64,000 nucleotides of DNA, taken from Guillardia theta CCMP2712. Its lineage: Eukaryota; Protista; Cryptophyta. Within the stretch, counting starts at the first letter, position 1, and each line of letters starts with the position of its first letter. The DNA lies in the NCBI RefSeq assembly GCF_000315625.1, contig NW_005434662.1:154307-218306 (forward strand), written 5' to 3'. Below the pieces are notes generated by a model that saw only the letters and a program-made list of their open reading frames with translations, did no database searches and was not told where the DNA came from. Of the stretch, positions 61,101-64,000 are shown piece by piece. Both the position numbers and the translations under genes were made by a program.

Positions 61101-62441
61101 GTTCCTTCACCTGCCGGGGTCGCTTCAGGGATAGAAGTTGCGAGGCGGAGGTCGATTCGGTGTAGTCACCTGAGCATCAGGTGGGTACTGTGCGCTGGTA
61201 TTCAACTGCGCTATCTCCTCCTAGGGTCCGTTTTGTGAGAAGTACCAAAATAACAGAACACACGCTGACTTGTGTCTTCCTGAGCTCTTCTTCCATCTGC
61301 TGAATTCTAGAATCTGACTCATCCTGCAAAACAATTCACGGGAAACAGGAAGGGCAAATAGATCTTACAGTTTTGGACCGCATTCCTTCGCGGAATAGAA
61401 TAAATTTCTCTCTGAAAGCTTCCTGTGAACCATCAATCAGGCTTGCAGACCCCGAGGTTCGATTGTCAACATGGTTTCTTTGCAAATCGATCAATTCTTC
61501 GTTCCTTCGAATGATTTCTTCGGCCTAGACGACAGGCTCATTGGCAAAGAAAATCGTCAGCACGGGCAAAACACTAACTTGCACGTCCACTTTGCTTTTC
61601 AACTCGTCCACCTGCCGCACAATTATCAACATTCATCAGCATTCATGCTCAACGAGGAGCTATTCATCTTGACAAGCACCTTCTGGCGGAGATTATCCTT
61701 TTCTTGAGTAGAGATTTGATGCTGGTAATTCTTCCCATCAAAATACGTGCTATTGCTTCCCTGAGTCGGATTCAAAGGCTGATTGTTCATAAGGTTGCTC
61801 GTTGAAGCCCTCAAAATATCAGCTGGAAAACCAACAAAATTATTAGTCTTCAACGATCCGATTTATAACAAGGTCGACCTTGACCGCGAGAAGCATGTAT
61901 CTGATCCAGATTTGACGTGGACGATGATAGCAGGTTCTGCAAGCAAAGACAAATCATTGCGGCAACATTTCATCTCAAGCACTTCTACCTCATGTCTACT
62001 CGGCTCGATGTAATTCCTGGTTTCCCCCACCTGGTTTCAGGGTTTCAAATGTCGCTTTATCAACCAGCAGAGTGGCATCGCTCACATTTGAACGTAAAGG
62101 TGTCATGTTGTGATATTGCAGCGGCTGTGTCAATCTTCCGCCGCCTGCCGAGCAGATCAAATGAATTTTCTATGAGCACACAAGACTACTTGGAGGCCCT
62201 TGCATCATCGGACGTTGAGATCCTCTCAGATCAGGGGCATGGGACTCCATGCCATCGACGCGACTTGCTCGAATCTGGATTCATGCGCTTACCAATGGAC
62301 GACAAAGCTCGCGCTTACCGGAACATTCTGTTGTAGTTGCCCGGGAATCGAAGGAACACCATAAGGATATCCAACATGGTGGTTGTAGACGTTTTGAGGA
62401 GGGAGGTTTGCGTAGACGAAGGGTTGATTGTAGGAATACAT
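58180..62441 (-). CDS. Long coiled-coil protein, many exons (ends approximate)
   Basis: First exon MYSYNQPFVYANLPPQNVYNHH... is followed by many short E/K/Q/L-rich heptad exons (ELKDQAQQKESQIEDLQS, LQMQLDLEKS, ADENEELRKA) with GT-AG boundaries. Confidence 0.7.
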
Positions 62442-63549
62442 CCTCCAACAACCTCGATATCACAGTCCTCTTTCTATGTGCCACCAGACACCTATGCAGC
62501 CGTCAACTTTCCCCCGACATCTCTCTTCCCGGAAAAAACATCAACATCAAGACTGACATCTTTGGATCAATTCCTGTTGTCTATCACTATCGCAAAAAGT
62601 TCGGTAAACTCTAAAAATTCGGATAACCGATGATAAGAACGAGCTTTTGTTCCTTCTTCACATTAGAAACGCTTCTGCATATTCCTCAATTGTGATCTAA
62701 CAAAAATTAAATTCGATCTATGCCCCATGCTATGTATCTCCAAACGAAATAAGTGCCTTTCCCGTCTTCTTCTAGGCCAAATCAATATGTTTACGATAAT
62801 CCCTCGCACCAAAATCAAGCTCTTTTTGTCCCCATTTCATTCCTTTCCATCGCACTTAACATGCGCTAATTTTTGACATGCTCTTTCCGTCTCCGATGAT
62901 CACTCGCTTCTCATACATTGCCATCAATGCCATTCACCTCCCTTCCAGTCTCCTTCCCGAATGATCCCTTCGCGTCTCTGTCGATCTCTCTCCTTGGACA
63001 CATCATCCTTCCTGCTATCCTAACAAGTCATCTCTTGTTGGCTGCATGATTCCTTTTATGCATCTTCTTTCCTGTCTTTGCTTTCCTCTCCTCCCTCCTC
63101 TACAGCCCTCGTCCTTCCCTGCCGAATCTCCACGCCATACTTGAGTACACAATAGCACCCACCCTGTTCAAATCCATAGTAAAATGGGGTGCTGCTGCTC
63201 TTGAGACGACGGGGGTAGTCAAAATTGCACGGGGTCCTTGACTTAGAAATGGTGGGGTACATTTCCTCCAGCAGGGTAGGTAAGTGCAGGGGTACTGTGT
63301 TTCATGATAGGGTAGGGTAGTGGCAATGGGGTATAATGGGCAATGACGCTGAGATTTGGAAAACCAGTAGGTGGGGTGGTTCCAAAATAGCGTACATACA
63401 GGGTACCTACTGGTACCCTACCCCTGCCTTAATTCATTTCACCCCAGCCCCCTCGATTGACCCTTCATACCACCCTTGCTGTCTAATTTAACACTTCCAC
63501 CCCGTCCAGGAACAGTCCCGAGTAGCGACAGAGGGGGTCCTGGACTAGC

Positions 63550-64000
63550 CTAGGGGTCCTCGAATGACATTTTGTACTTTACACAGAACTGGCGCTGTTC
63601 CGTCTGAAGAACAATTTGGACAAGCGGTTGCCAATGGTGCACCACGAGATCGAAAGGGAAGGGAGCGAGCGAAGAGCAAGAAGTGCGGTCGTAGGACGAG
63701 AACTGAGGAGGATAGAAGTTGACTTGGAAGTATCATGCAGGTGTGGTAGAGTGACGAGCAGGAAAGAGGAGAGGAGAGGAGAGGAGAGGAGAGGAGGGAA
63801 GAGCTGTGAAGAAGGGAGATCAGTGGAATAGAGATTGCAGAATAAGCAAGTGAGAAGCGACCTCGGTTACAAGTACAAACAGGGAGGTGAGAGATTTGGT
63901 CAGGCTGATTCGTTTTGCCAGCAGAAAGTCCGCGAGGGAGGAGGTGGATAGCGAAAGGAGGGCCAAGGGGAATAAGCCCAGGTGACAAGCTTTGCATGAA
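63550..64000 (-). CDS. Possible 3' end of a gene starting beyond the window
   Basis: Open frame ...FDLVVHHWQPLVQIVLQTEQRQFCVKYKMSFEDP*, with an (AGAGG)n microsatellite at about 63765-63796 in a likely intron. Confidence 0.3.

Overview
Gene-dense eukaryotic nuclear DNA with many short (about 35-80 nt) GT-AG introns. Two genes carry bipartite signal-peptide + (A)xAF plastid-targeting leaders, which points to an alga with a complex red plastid, most likely a cryptophyte such as Guillardia (inference). Genes supported by hand splicing or motifs: a 2xCCCH zinc-finger protein, two ankyrin proteins, a GT25 glycosyltransferase, a plastid thioredoxin, plastid-targeted YchF/OLA1 (18 exons), an EF-hand protein, a MaoC dehydratase, a Sel1-repeat protein, a ~16.8 kb giant HECT E3 ligase gene, a TIGR00027/LCM-like methyltransferase, Rab21, tRNA-Ser(AGA), a long coiled-coil protein and several hypothetical genes. 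Two accessory zones stand out. The 13.5-19.6 kb zone holds three diverged, intronless, small acidic paralogues that share a conserved extreme C-terminal motif. They are interleaved with a 1.1 kb TA-flanked TIR element carrying regularly spaced palindromes and with copies of a second, MITE-like repeat. The 48.8-53.3 kb zone holds decayed repeats and two broken ORF sets (nuclease-like plus coiled coil; BAH-like). Exon boundaries were inferred by eye and no database searches were run.
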